This document shows, in pieces, positions 33,050 to 41,956 of a DNA stretch of 64,000 nucleotides (position 1 is its first letter; each line of letters starts with the position of its first letter). Both the position numbers and the translations under genes were made by a program. The notes under the pieces are model-generated. The model had not been told where the DNA came from. It saw only the letters and a program-made list of their open reading frames with translations, and did no database searches. The DNA comes from Candidatus Methylomirabilota bacterium (GTDB lineage: Bacteria > Methylomirabilota > Methylomirabilia > Rokubacteriales > CSP1-6): the NCBI GenBank assembly GCA_035605575.1, contig DASTCJ010000012.1, forward strand, positions 1,075 through 65,074. Direction: 5' to 3'.

Positions 33050-34570
33050 ATGGACGCACGCCGCTACGGCCCGTCCGATGGCCGACCCGTCCCCTTCGAG
33101 GCATATCACCAGTCCCGTAACGAGCTGGAGGGCCTGCCGCTGACGGTGGCGGACAAGATTCCCGTCACCAACACGCCGAACATCTTCTCGTACAAGGCGT
33201 ACGTGTTCGCGAAGGACCCCGCCCTCGTGCGCCGCTTCATCAAGGCCACCAAGGCGGACGTGGGGGGCGTCGGCGGTCACGTGGTCGCCGCCGACGAGGT
33301 GAAGTCGGTCATCGCGAAGTTCGTCCTCGACAACAACGCCTATCGCGGCGAGCCGATCTTCACCTCGCTCATGATCACGCACACCGGTGACGACTGCGCG
33401 GTGACCGGCATCATGGCCGAGTCGGTCGACATGTCGGTCGTCGACGAGCTCATGTGGGATGCGCTGCAGGAAGGCGCGGCCAAGGCCGCCGAGCTCGGTC
33501 TCTACGGGCCCGGCCAGGATCTCGTGGCCGATGCGTTCACCGGTAACCTGCGCGGCGCGGGCCCCGCAACCGTGGCGCTGCCATTCCCGGTGCGGAAGGA
33601 CAATCCATCGCAGACGGTCCTCGTGTCCTTCGCCGACAAGACGGAGCCGATGGCGTTCAATCACTTCGCGACCGGCGCCTACATGCTGCCACGCTTCAAC
33701 AGCGGGCTCATCATCGCGTCTTCGCGGATGAAGCGCGGCTACGTGTTCGAGATCGTCGATCTCGACACGAAGGCACAGGCCATCGAGGCCGGCGCCCACC
33801 CCCGCGATGCCCAAGCCCTCGACGGCAAGATGGAGGAGCTCGCCAAGGGGCTTCAGGAGAAGGTGATCACGCTGCGCGCGCCCGAGGATCTCTACGACAT
33901 CGAGGGTCTCACGCGTTCGTCGCGCTTCGTCGTCGCGCGCATCTGGACCCGCAACGACGCGGGCGAAAAGGACCAGCTCGGCTACATCTGCTCGGCCGAG
34001 CGCCTGCACAACATCAAGACGAAGAAAGGCTTCACCTACGGGGGCAAGGACGATCCTGTGCTTCTGGCCTTCGCCCAGGGCGACTGGCCGGCCCCGGGCG
34101 AGATCACCTCGCCGTGGGCGACGGCACCGATGGTGGCCGGCGACTGCCGTGGTAGCCACAACCTGCACATCCTGCCGATGCCCATCAACTCGCAGACCTC
34201 GTACTGGTCCGGCCCGATCATCTCGGCCATCACGCTCTCGTGCAACATCCACACGGGCCGCATCGGCGCGATCTCGGATCAGTTCGCGCTCGGCACGCCG
34301 TGGGACGAGGTGCGCCGTACCGCCTCACAGCTGGCCATCCAGTTCCGTCACGCGCACGGCGTCAAGCAGCCCGCGACGCTGCACGAAGACGAGCTCGAGT
34401 ACCAGGAAGGCTGGAAGGAACGCCGCGCCCGCCTCGAGCGCCAGTTCGAGGTGAAACCTGCGCTGACATTCACCCCAAACGGCACCAGCACCCACGGCAA
34501 CGGCCACCCGACCGCCACCGGCGCAAGCCGCACCGCCCTCACCACCGCTCGTCCGGAGGAGATCGACTAG
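33050..34570 (+). CDS. fbp: bifunctional fructose-1,6-bisphosphate aldolase/phosphatase (class V FBPase, archaeal type) with N- and C-terminal extensions
   Basis: internal blocks match the archaeal FBPA/P: KADVGG..GH, LGLYGPGQDLVADAFTGNLRGAGP, ADKTEP, GGKDDPV, GDCRGSHNLHILPMP; GGAGGG RBS 6 nt upstream of the ATG; 507 aa. Confidence 0.75.
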   Translation: MDARRYGPSDGRPVPFEAYHQSRNELEGLPLTVADKIPVTNTPNIFSYKAYVFAKDPALVRRFIKATKADVGGVGGHVVAADEVKSVIAKFVLDNNAYRGEPIFTSLMITHTGDDCAVTGIMAESVDMSVVDELMWDALQEGAAKAAELGLYGPGQDLVADAFTGNLRGAGPATVALPFPVRKDNPSQTVLVSFADKTEPMAFNHFATGAYMLPRFNSGLIIASSRMKRGYVFEIVDLDTKAQAIEAGAHPRDAQALDGKMEELAKGLQEKVITLRAPEDLYDIEGLTRSSRFVVARIWTRNDAGEKDQLGYICSAERLHNIKTKKGFTYGGKDDPVLLAFAQGDWPAPGEITSPWATAPMVAGDCRGSHNLHILPMPINSQTSYWSGPIISAITLSCNIHTGRIGAISDQFALGTPWDEVRRTASQLAIQFRHAHGVKQPATLHEDELEYQEGWKERRARLERQFEVKPALTFTPNGTSTHGNGHPTATGASRTALTTARPEEID

Positions 34571-34778
34571 CGCCGACGAAAAATCCCACGCGCGCCGTGA
34601 ACGCGCTGTTCGAGCGCCGGCTTTGCCGGCGCAATCGACCTCGAAGATCGAGTCCTCGCGCATGACCGGTGGGGGGCCGACGGGGGGAGCGGCGCTCGCT
34701 CCCCCCGTCCTTTAATTGACTTCGCCCGGGTCGGGTGCTACGGTCAACACAGCTAAATCCCTGATTTCTTGGATCAGC

Positions 34779-36119
34779 ATGGCGAAGCTACACGTCATTA
34801 CCTACGGCTGTCAGATGAATGAATATGACTCGGAGCGTGTCGCGGGTCTGCTCCGCGAGCATCGCTATGAGTTGACCGAGACAGCCGACGACGCTGACCT
34901 CATCCTCGTGAATACGTGCGCCATCCGCGAGAAAGCCGAAGACAAGGTGTTCTCGAAGCTCGGCGAGCTCCGGGCGCTGAAGACGCAGCGCCCCGAGCTG
35001 GTGCTGGGTGTGATGGGCTGCATGGCGCAGCTGCAGCAGGGGGTGGTGCAGAAGCGCGCGCCGTACGTCGATCTCGTGTTCGGCTCACCGGCGGTCGCAC
35101 GGGTGGCCGAGCTCGTCGAGCGCGCGCGGCGAGAGCGGCGGCCGATCATGGATACCGCGGAGGCGCCGCTGGTGAAGATCACCGCGCGGCCGCCGTCGGC
35201 GAGCCGCCTGAAGGCATACGTCACGGTGATGGAGGGCTGCGAGAAGCACTGCACCTTCTGTGTCGTGCCGCGCACGCGCGGTCGCGAACGCAGCCATCCG
35301 CCGGAGAGCATCGTGGCCGAGGTCGAAGGTCTCGTCGCCGAGGGTTGCCGTGAGGTCACGCTGCTCGGGCAGACGGTCAACGCGTACGGCCGCGATCTGA
35401 CGCCACCCACCGATCTCGCCGAGCTCTTCCAGCGCGTGAACGACGTCGATGGGCTCCAGCGCATCCGCTTCACGACCTCGAATCCCTACAACCTCACGCC
35501 GAAGCTCATCGCCGCCATGCGCGATGTCCCGAAAGTGTGCGAGTGGTTCCATCTGCCACTGCAGTCGGGCTCCGATCGCATACTGGAACGCATGAACCGC
35601 GGCTACACGCGCGCTCAGTACCTCGATCTCATCGCCGCCCTCCGCGATGCCGTGCCCGACCTCGCGCTGTCCACCGACATCATCGTCGGCTTTCCCGGCG
35701 AGACGGAGTCGGACTTCGAAGCGACGCTCGAGATGATCGAGCGTGTGCAGTACGACAACGTCTTCGCATTCCGCTACTCACGGCGGCCCGGCACGCCGGC
35801 GGCCACGATGGACGAGCAGGTGGCGGACGAGGTGAAGGCCAGTCGCAACGCGCGGCTGCTCGCCCTCGCTACGCGCGTGGCCGCGACGCGGAGCGCGCGG
35901 CTGTCCGGGCACGAGGTCGAGGTGCTCGTCGACGGCGCCTCGAAGCGGAATCCGAGAGAGCTGTCCGGCCGGACGCGGTGCAACCGGGTGGTGAACTTCG
36001 ACGGCAAGGGGACGGCGATCGGCGACGTGGTCACTGTTCGAGTGACCGACGTGATGCCGCACAGTCTGCGCGCCACGCTGACGACAGTGCCCGAGGAGGC
36101 CGTATGCTCGTCGAGATGA
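34779..36119 (+). CDS. miaB: tRNA-2-methylthio-N6-dimethylallyladenosine synthase
   Basis: UPF0004 N-terminal Cys triad (GCQMN...NTCAIRE), radical-SAM CEKHCTFCVVP motif and TRAM domain. Confidence 0.93.
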   Translation: MAKLHVITYGCQMNEYDSERVAGLLREHRYELTETADDADLILVNTCAIREKAEDKVFSKLGELRALKTQRPELVLGVMGCMAQLQQGVVQKRAPYVDLVFGSPAVARVAELVERARRERRPIMDTAEAPLVKITARPPSASRLKAYVTVMEGCEKHCTFCVVPRTRGRERSHPPESIVAEVEGLVAEGCREVTLLGQTVNAYGRDLTPPTDLAELFQRVNDVDGLQRIRFTTSNPYNLTPKLIAAMRDVPKVCEWFHLPLQSGSDRILERMNRGYTRAQYLDLIAALRDAVPDLALSTDIIVGFPGETESDFEATLEMIERVQYDNVFAFRYSRRPGTPAATMDEQVADEVKASRNARLLALATRVAATRSARLSGHEVEVLVDGASKRNPRELSGRTRCNRVVNFDGKGTAIGDVVTVRVTDVMPHSLRATLTTVPEEAVCSSR

Positions 36120-36607
36120 AGGTGCGTGGGCTGGCCCTGGATCCGGTCTCGAACATGCCGATCATCATCCTGCGCGACGAAGAGGACAAGCGCTCGCTGC
36201 CCATCTGGGTCGGCATCTTCGAGGCCAATGCCATCGCGCTCGAGCTGGAGAAGATCGCCACCCCGCGCCCGATGACCCACGACCTGATCAAGAGCATCCT
36301 CGAGACGCTCGAGGCGCAGGTCGTGAAGATCGTCGTCACCGACCTGAAGGAGAATACCTTCTTCGCCGTCCTCCATCTGAAGCTCGGCGATGCCGAATAC
36401 ACGGTGGATTCGCGTCCGTCCGACGCCATCGCGCTCGCGCTGCGCGTGGCGGCGCCGATCTACGTGGAAGAAGAGGTGTTCCCCAAGGCCGGCAAGATGG
36501 AGGTGGCCAAGGAAGCCGAGCCGGTCAAGCCGGACGATCCGGAGCAGCTGCGCGAGTGGCTGCAGAACATCAAGCCGGAGGATTTCGAGAAGTACAACAA
36601 GGCCTGA
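36104..36607 (+). CDS. bifunctional nuclease (BFN/DUF151) family protein
   Basis: 168 aa; conserved PIIILRDEEDKRSLPIWVGIFEANAIA core; overlaps the miaB 3' end by 16 nt. Confidence 0.7.
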   Translation: MLVEMKVRGLALDPVSNMPIIILRDEEDKRSLPIWVGIFEANAIALELEKIATPRPMTHDLIKSILETLEAQVVKIVVTDLKENTFFAVLHLKLGDAEYTVDSRPSDAIALALRVAAPIYVEEEVFPKAGKMEVAKEAEPVKPDDPEQLREWLQNIKPEDFEKYNKA

Positions 36608-36613
36608 CGGCCC

Positions 36614-37768
36614 GTGCGCATCGCGCTCTTTACCAACAACTATCTCCCGTTCTGCGGCGGCGTGACCATCTCGGTCGAGACGCTGCGCCGTGGCCTCGAA
36701 GCCCGCGGCCACGAGGTCTGGGTCATGGCCCCGCGGTTCCGCGGCGTCGCCGGCAGCGCGCCGGGGGTCATCCGCTACCCGTCGATCCCGGCCACGACCT
36801 ATCCGGAGTTCCCGCTCGCGATTCCGTACGCGCCGGCGGTGACCGCGCGCGTGCGCGCCCTCGCCGTGGACGTCTTCCACGCGCACCATCCGTTCCTGCT
36901 CGGCCCGGCCGCCGAACGACTCGCGCGGCGCGCCGGCCGTCCGCTCGTGTTCACATACCACACACGCTACGAGAAGTACGCGCACTACGTGCCCCTCACG
37001 CGTCCGCTCGTCGAGGCCGCCGCGGTGCGGCTCAGCACGCGGTTCGCCGCCCGCGTGGACGCGGTGATCGCGCCATCCGTGGTCGTTCGCGACGAGCTGG
37101 AGCGGCGCGGCGTGCAGTCACCGGTGGCGGTGGTGCCGACCGGCGTCGATCTCGGGCGCTTCCGGCCTGGCGATCGGCGGACCGCACGCCGCGCGCTCGG
37201 GCTGCCCGAGCACGCCCCCGTGCTTCTCTACGTCGGCCGTCTCGACCGCGAGAAATCGGTCGACCGTGTCCTGCTGGCCTTCGAGCGCATCGCGTCCACG
37301 GTTCCGCGGGCGCGGTTGCTGCTGGTTGGCCACGGCAAGGAGGCCGAGCGGCTGCGCCGGCGGGCGGCCACGCTGAGCGCGGCCGCTGGCGTGCAGTTCC
37401 TCGGCGTGCGCGCGCACGACACGCTGCCCGTGTGCTACCAGGCCGCCGATCTCTTCCTCTTCGCCTCGGAGACGGAGACACAAGGCCTGGTGCTCGCGGA
37501 GGCGGCCGCGTGCGGCCTGCCGGCGGTGGCCGTGGACGCGTCAGGATGTGACGAGGTCGTGCGCGACGGCGATACGGGGCTCCTGACGAAGAACGATCCG
37601 ACCGCGCTCGCCGAGGCGGCCATCGGCCTGCTCCTCGACGGCGAGCGCCGCTCGGCCATGGCGCGGCGCGCCCGTGATGTGGCCGTGAGCGCGTTCGATG
37701 TGCGCCTGCAGATCGATCGCACGCTGGACGTCTACGCCGAGGCGATGTCGCGGACGGGGCGACGGTGA
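36614..37768 (+). CDS. glycosyltransferase family 4 protein
   Basis: GT-B fold; the C-terminal half has the EX7E-like motif (ETETQGLVLAEAAACGLP); 384 aa. Confidence 0.85.
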   Translation: MRIALFTNNYLPFCGGVTISVETLRRGLEARGHEVWVMAPRFRGVAGSAPGVIRYPSIPATTYPEFPLAIPYAPAVTARVRALAVDVFHAHHPFLLGPAAERLARRAGRPLVFTYHTRYEKYAHYVPLTRPLVEAAAVRLSTRFAARVDAVIAPSVVVRDELERRGVQSPVAVVPTGVDLGRFRPGDRRTARRALGLPEHAPVLLYVGRLDREKSVDRVLLAFERIASTVPRARLLLVGHGKEAERLRRRAATLSAAAGVQFLGVRAHDTLPVCYQAADLFLFASETETQGLVLAEAAACGLPAVAVDASGCDEVVRDGDTGLLTKNDPTALAEAAIGLLLDGERRSAMARRARDVAVSAFDVRLQIDRTLDVYAEAMSRTGRR

Positions 37769-38016
37769 GCGACGGACGCGCCATTCGCGTGCAGTGCCGT
37801 CGTGAATTCGCGCTCCCCGAGGGCCAGGGCCTGCTGGCGGCGGATGCCCGCGCGCGTACGCTGCGGAAGGTCATCGTGAGCTACCCGGAAGTGCGCCACA
37901 TCCGCCCCGATCGGATCAGCCTCGATGCGACCGCGGACGCGCGCACGATCGAGACGGTCGTGCGTTTCCTCGAGCGCCAGCATTGGCTGGTCGCGGCGGT
38001 GGCGGTGGAGGAATGA
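37765..38016 (+). CDS. hypothetical 83-aa protein with a carrier-protein-like DRISLDATAD...FLE segment
   Basis: ATGA overlap with the glycosyltransferase stop; sequence resembles the ACP/PCP phosphopantetheine-attachment region (..DSLD..E.V..LE), but the Ser is unusually C-terminal. Confidence 0.4.
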   Translation: MSDGRAIRVQCRREFALPEGQGLLAADARARTLRKVIVSYPEVRHIRPDRISLDATADARTIETVVRFLERQHWLVAAVAVEE

Positions 38017-38318
38017 GCCAGCGCACGGCCGAAGCGCACGCGCGCATCAAGGAGGAGATCGCGCGCGAGAAGGCGGCCGCCCTCGGCCGTGCCGGCGAGC
38101 GCCTGGAAGCCGCCCTCGTCACCGTCGCCGGCATCGCGACGGCCTGGCGCGCCGCCACCGAGCCCGCGGAGTGCGAGCGCCTCGCCCGCGAGTATGACGC
38201 CGCCTGGCGTACCGCTGACGCCGCGCGCCTGGCGCTGCTGATCCAGCGCGAGGCCGTCGGGTTGCGCGATCAGCGCGTGGTGGATCAGCAGTTTCCGCGC
38301 CCGCCGCGGCGCCCGTGA
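38013..38318 (+). CDS. hypothetical 101-aa helical protein
   Basis: ATGA overlap with the preceding ORF and 4-nt overlap with the following ligase gene; Ala/Arg/Glu-rich and predicted helical. Confidence 0.4.
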   Translation: MSQRTAEAHARIKEEIAREKAAALGRAGERLEAALVTVAGIATAWRAATEPAECERLAREYDAAWRTADAARLALLIQREAVGLRDQRVVDQQFPRPPRRP

Positions 38319-39610
38319 TGTTCGACGCGCACGCGGAGACCCTCGAGCGCGGTGCGCGCGAGGCGCTCCAGCTCGAGCGGCTGCGCGCCACGGTGGCGTG
38401 GGCGGTGGAGCGGGTCGAGTTCCATCGTGCGCGACTCGGCAGCTCGCACGTGCAGTCGCTCGACGACCTCGCCCGTCTGCCGTTCATGCGGAAGAGCGAT
38501 CTGCGCGAGCACTATCCTTTCGGCCTCTTCGCGGTGCCGCGCGGCGAGCTCGCGCGCCTCCACGCCTCGTCCGGGACGAAAGGCAAGCCCACGGTGGTGG
38601 GCTACACCGCGAGCGATCTCGGGACGTGGCGCGATGTGATGGCGCGCGCGATGACGGCGGCGGGGTGCCGGCGCGGCGACACGCTCCACGTGGCCTTCGG
38701 CTACGGCCTGTTCACCGGCGGCCTCGGTTTTCACGACGGCGCCGAGCGTCTCGGCATGACGGTGCTGCCGGTGTCGTCCGGCAACACTGCACGGCAGCTC
38801 CTGCTGCTGCAGGATCTCAGGCCGGCCGGCCTGTGCGCGACCCCGTCGTTCGCGCTGCACATCGCCGAGACGCTCGAGGCGCAGGGCGGCGATCCGCGCA
38901 CCCTGGGCCTCCGCTACGCGATGTACGGCGCCGAGCCGTGGACGGACGGCATGCGCGCAGCGCTCGAGCGCGCGTTCGCGTGTCCCGCCTACGACATCTA
39001 TGGGCTGTCCGAGATCATCGGACCCGGCGTGGCCGGGGAGTGCGAGGCGCGTGACGGCCTGCACGTCGCCGACGATCATTTCTTCCCGGAGATCATCGAT
39101 CCGACCACCGGCGCCGTGCTCGGTCCGGGCCGCGAGGGCGAGCTCGTGCTGACGGCGCTCACCAAGCGCGCCGTCCCGATGATTCGCTATCGCACCGGCG
39201 ACATCACCACGCTCGACGAGCGCCCGTGCGCCTGCGGCCGCACCACGGCGCGCATCGCCCGCGTGAAGGGGCGCGCGGACGACATGCTGATCGTCAAGGG
39301 CGTGAATCTGTATCCGTCGGAAGTCGAGGCCACGCTGCTCGGCGTGGAGGAGCTCGTGCCGCACTACCAGCTCATCGTCGATCGATCGAGCACGCTGGCG
39401 CGGCTCGAGGTGCAGGTGGAACCATCGGCGGCGGTCGTCGCGCGCTGTGACGGCTTCGATCCCGCCCATCCGATCCTGGTCGAGCTCCAGCGCCGGGTGG
39501 CCGCGCGGCTGGCGAGCGCGATCGGGCTCACCGTGGCGTTGACGCTGGTGGCCCCACGCACCGTTCCGCGCTCGGAGGGCAAGGCCGTGCGTGTGGTCGA
39601 GAAAGGCTGA
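38315..39610 (+). CDS. phenylacetate-CoA ligase (PaaK)/coenzyme F390 synthetase-like adenylate-forming enzyme
   Basis: 431 aa; PaaK-family N-terminal region (FHRARLGSSHVQSLDDLARLPFMRKSDLREHYPF), AMP-binding SSGTKGKPT motif and a C-terminal lid domain. Confidence 0.85.
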   Translation: MMFDAHAETLERGAREALQLERLRATVAWAVERVEFHRARLGSSHVQSLDDLARLPFMRKSDLREHYPFGLFAVPRGELARLHASSGTKGKPTVVGYTASDLGTWRDVMARAMTAAGCRRGDTLHVAFGYGLFTGGLGFHDGAERLGMTVLPVSSGNTARQLLLLQDLRPAGLCATPSFALHIAETLEAQGGDPRTLGLRYAMYGAEPWTDGMRAALERAFACPAYDIYGLSEIIGPGVAGECEARDGLHVADDHFFPEIIDPTTGAVLGPGREGELVLTALTKRAVPMIRYRTGDITTLDERPCACGRTTARIARVKGRADDMLIVKGVNLYPSEVEATLLGVEELVPHYQLIVDRSSTLARLEVQVEPSAAVVARCDGFDPAHPILVELQRRVAARLASAIGLTVALTLVAPRTVPRSEGKAVRVVEKG

Positions 39611-39647
39611 GCGGTCAGGGTATGCTGGAACCGAGGAGGCGCCTGCC

Positions 39648-40466
39648 ATGAGCGAGCAGCGGGAGATGATGAGCAAGATCGAGCGCGGCGTCCGGCTCGA
39701 GTCCGCGGATGAGATGACGCCGGAGTACCGGGACAGCCTCGTCCATCTCATGACGATGCAGGCCGACTCCGAGCTCGCCGGCGGCTACGGGTACGTGCCG
39801 TGGATCGCCAAGGCGCCGACGGTCGAGGAAAAACACGTCGTCGCGCAGATCGTGAAGGACGAGCTGCGGCACGCGGCGGTGATGTACGGGCTCCTTGCCG
39901 ATCTGGGCTTCGACGTGGACAGTCACGTGCGCCGGCACGATGAGACGTTCACGATGCGGATCGACGCCAGCGCCGACATCGGCACCCAGCGGATCACCGC
40001 CGACAAGCGCGTCAATATTTTCTACTACCCGATCGACACCTGGCAGGACTTCATCTTCTTCAACTTCTGCATGGACCGCGGCGCCGGCCATCAGCTCGAG
40101 GACGTCCGGCACTGCTCCTATGGCCCCTGGGTTCGCGCCATCGAAGGGATCTTCAAGGAGGAGAAGTTCCACATCCGCCACGGCGAGTACTGGGTGAAGA
40201 AGCTCGCCGAGGATCCTGCCACCAAGGCGGAAGCGCAAGCGACGTTCAACAAGTGGTACATCCGGACGATGAACATCTTCGGCCGCCCGGGGTCGCCGAA
40301 AAATCAGCTGTATCGGCGGCTGAAGCTCAAGCTGCGTGACAACGACGAAGTACGCGCCGCCTTCGCCACCGAAGTGGCCGGCCTGTGCGAGAAGTTCGGC
40401 CTCCAGGTGCCGGCCTGGAAGCCCGTCTGGGAGAACCTGCCGGAAGAGGCCCAGATCCCGGGCTGA
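39648..40466 (+). CDS. PaaA/PaaC-like ferritin-fold di-iron oxygenase, stand-alone
   Basis: blocks align to PaaA (YRDSLVHLMTMQADSELAGG; KDELRHAA ExxH; EDVRHCSYGPWVRAI ExxH; IFKEEKFHIRHG); 273 aa; no paaB, paaC, paaD or paaE nearby. Confidence 0.75.
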   Translation: MSEQREMMSKIERGVRLESADEMTPEYRDSLVHLMTMQADSELAGGYGYVPWIAKAPTVEEKHVVAQIVKDELRHAAVMYGLLADLGFDVDSHVRRHDETFTMRIDASADIGTQRITADKRVNIFYYPIDTWQDFIFFNFCMDRGAGHQLEDVRHCSYGPWVRAIEGIFKEEKFHIRHGEYWVKKLAEDPATKAEAQATFNKWYIRTMNIFGRPGSPKNQLYRRLKLKLRDNDEVRAAFATEVAGLCEKFGLQVPAWKPVWENLPEEAQIPG

Positions 40467-40611
40467 CGGGGACGCCCGGCCCCCGGGCCGGGTGGAGGTT
40501 CGGGTACGTCAGCGACGAATCCGAGGACAAGCGCCGCAATTGTCTCAGCCTGAAGTTGACATAATACGGCTTATCGGCACCAGGACGCCGAGCGAGTCAG
40601 CAGCGTGGCAG

Positions 40612-41136
40612 CTACGAGTGATGCGGTGTCGGGATCGCGCGGGCGTCCACGCGCGGCGCGAGCGGAACTGGCTCGGGCTCCGGCGTGACGGGCACGGGAC
40701 GGCGTCGACGATCGGGATGGAACGGCAGCACCACGCCGCGGCGCGGCCGGCCCCTGCCGACCTCGACGGCCAGGCTGATGGCCTGTAGCAGCTGGTCGAA
40801 CTGGAACGGCTTGCGGATATAGTCCATAGCACCTGCCTTCAGCAGCGCCCGCGCCTGATCCTCGTCGTCACTACCGCTCAGCATGATCACCGGGATCGAG
40901 TCGTCGACCTCGTGCAGGCGCGCGAGCACCTCGGCGCCCGTCGTGTCCGGCAGCTTGCTGTCGAGGATGATCGCGTCGGGCCGGCTGAGCGAGGCCAGCA
41001 TCACCGCGTCGCCGCCGTTCGAGGCGCCGTCGACGGCGTAGCCCTGCGCGACGAAGATGTCTCGCAGCATCTCGGCCACGGCCGGCTCATCGTCCACGAT
41101 CAGAATCGCGCCGCGCGAAGGGTTCGTGTCGAGCAC
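40612..41136 (-). CDS. single-domain response regulator (CheY-like receiver) with a Pro/Arg-rich C-terminal tail
   Basis: ILIVDDE, IILDSKLPDTTG phospho-Asp region, SGSDD and YIRKP Lys motif. Confidence 0.85.
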   Translation of the reverse strand: MLDTNPSRGAILIVDDEPAVAEMLRDIFVAQGYAVDGASNGGDAVMLASLSRPDAIILDSKLPDTTGAEVLARLHEVDDSIPVIMLSGSDDEDQARALLKAGAMDYIRKPFQFDQLLQAISLAVEVGRGRPRRGVVLPFHPDRRRRPVPVTPEPEPVPLAPRVDARAIPTPHHS

Positions 41137-41290
41137 GGCCGGTTGACGAGCAAGCGGTATGCCGTGGCTCGACCGTGGCTAAGTCGTTGATTTCGGGACG
41201 CTGGCCTGACGCTGCCTGGCGCGTTTCAGACCAGCGCTGGCGGCGGCTGGCGGTCAGAGTTCGACCGCGTTCCTCAGCTGCTTGCGGACG

Positions 41291-41956
41291 TCATTTCCCG
41301 GGGCCCGACGTGGCGACCGGGGCGGCCGGTGCCGGCGCGCCGAGGGCGACCAGACGGGCGCGCACGTCATCCGCGCGCCGCGCCGCCGGAAGATCCTTCA
41401 GCAAACGTTGGTACGTGGTGATCGCGTCGGCGGGCCGCCCGGCAAGCTCCTGCGCACGGGCCAGATCGAGCAGCGTCTGCTCGTAGAGGAAGTCCTTCGC
41501 GCCCAGATCGCGGGCCACGGTCTGATAGGCGTCCACCGCCTTCGGAAAATTCCGCTCGGCCTCCCACGTGTAGCCGACCGACACGCGCGCGAGGGTGCGC
41601 ACGGTCGGGCTCGCACCCCGTGCGATCGCCAGCTCGTACGCGGAGCGCGCCGCCGCGTACTGCTGGGCGGCGTAGCGCAGGTTGCCGAGCTCGTACGCGG
41701 CTTCCGCCGCCGACGGGCCTGACGGATGTCGCGCGATCAGCTCCTCGAGGTCGTGCGCCACCTGTGCGCGCGTGTCGGTCGTCGCCTGCGGCGTCTGCGC
41801 GGCGTAGGCGCGCGTCATGACCTCGGCGTAAGCGGCGCCGATCCGGCGCTGCTGCATGTCGTACCAGTACCAGCCACCGAATGAGGCGGCGGCGAGCAGC
41901 ACCACGGCGATGCCGACCGCGACCAGCGTGCGCGGCGCCGGCCACGTCACGTTCAC
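41291..41956 (-). CDS. membrane-anchored tetratricopeptide-repeat protein (YfgM-like)
   Basis: N-terminal TM helix followed by TPR-like repeats (AAYELGNLRYAAQQYAAARSAYELA); 221 aa. Confidence 0.65.
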   Translation of the reverse strand: MNVTWPAPRTLVAVGIAVVLLAAASFGGWYWYDMQQRRIGAAYAEVMTRAYAAQTPQATTDTRAQVAHDLEELIARHPSGPSAAEAAYELGNLRYAAQQYAAARSAYELAIARGASPTVRTLARVSVGYTWEAERNFPKAVDAYQTVARDLGAKDFLYEQTLLDLARAQELAGRPADAITTYQRLLKDLPAARRADDVRARLVALGAPAPAAPVATSGPGK

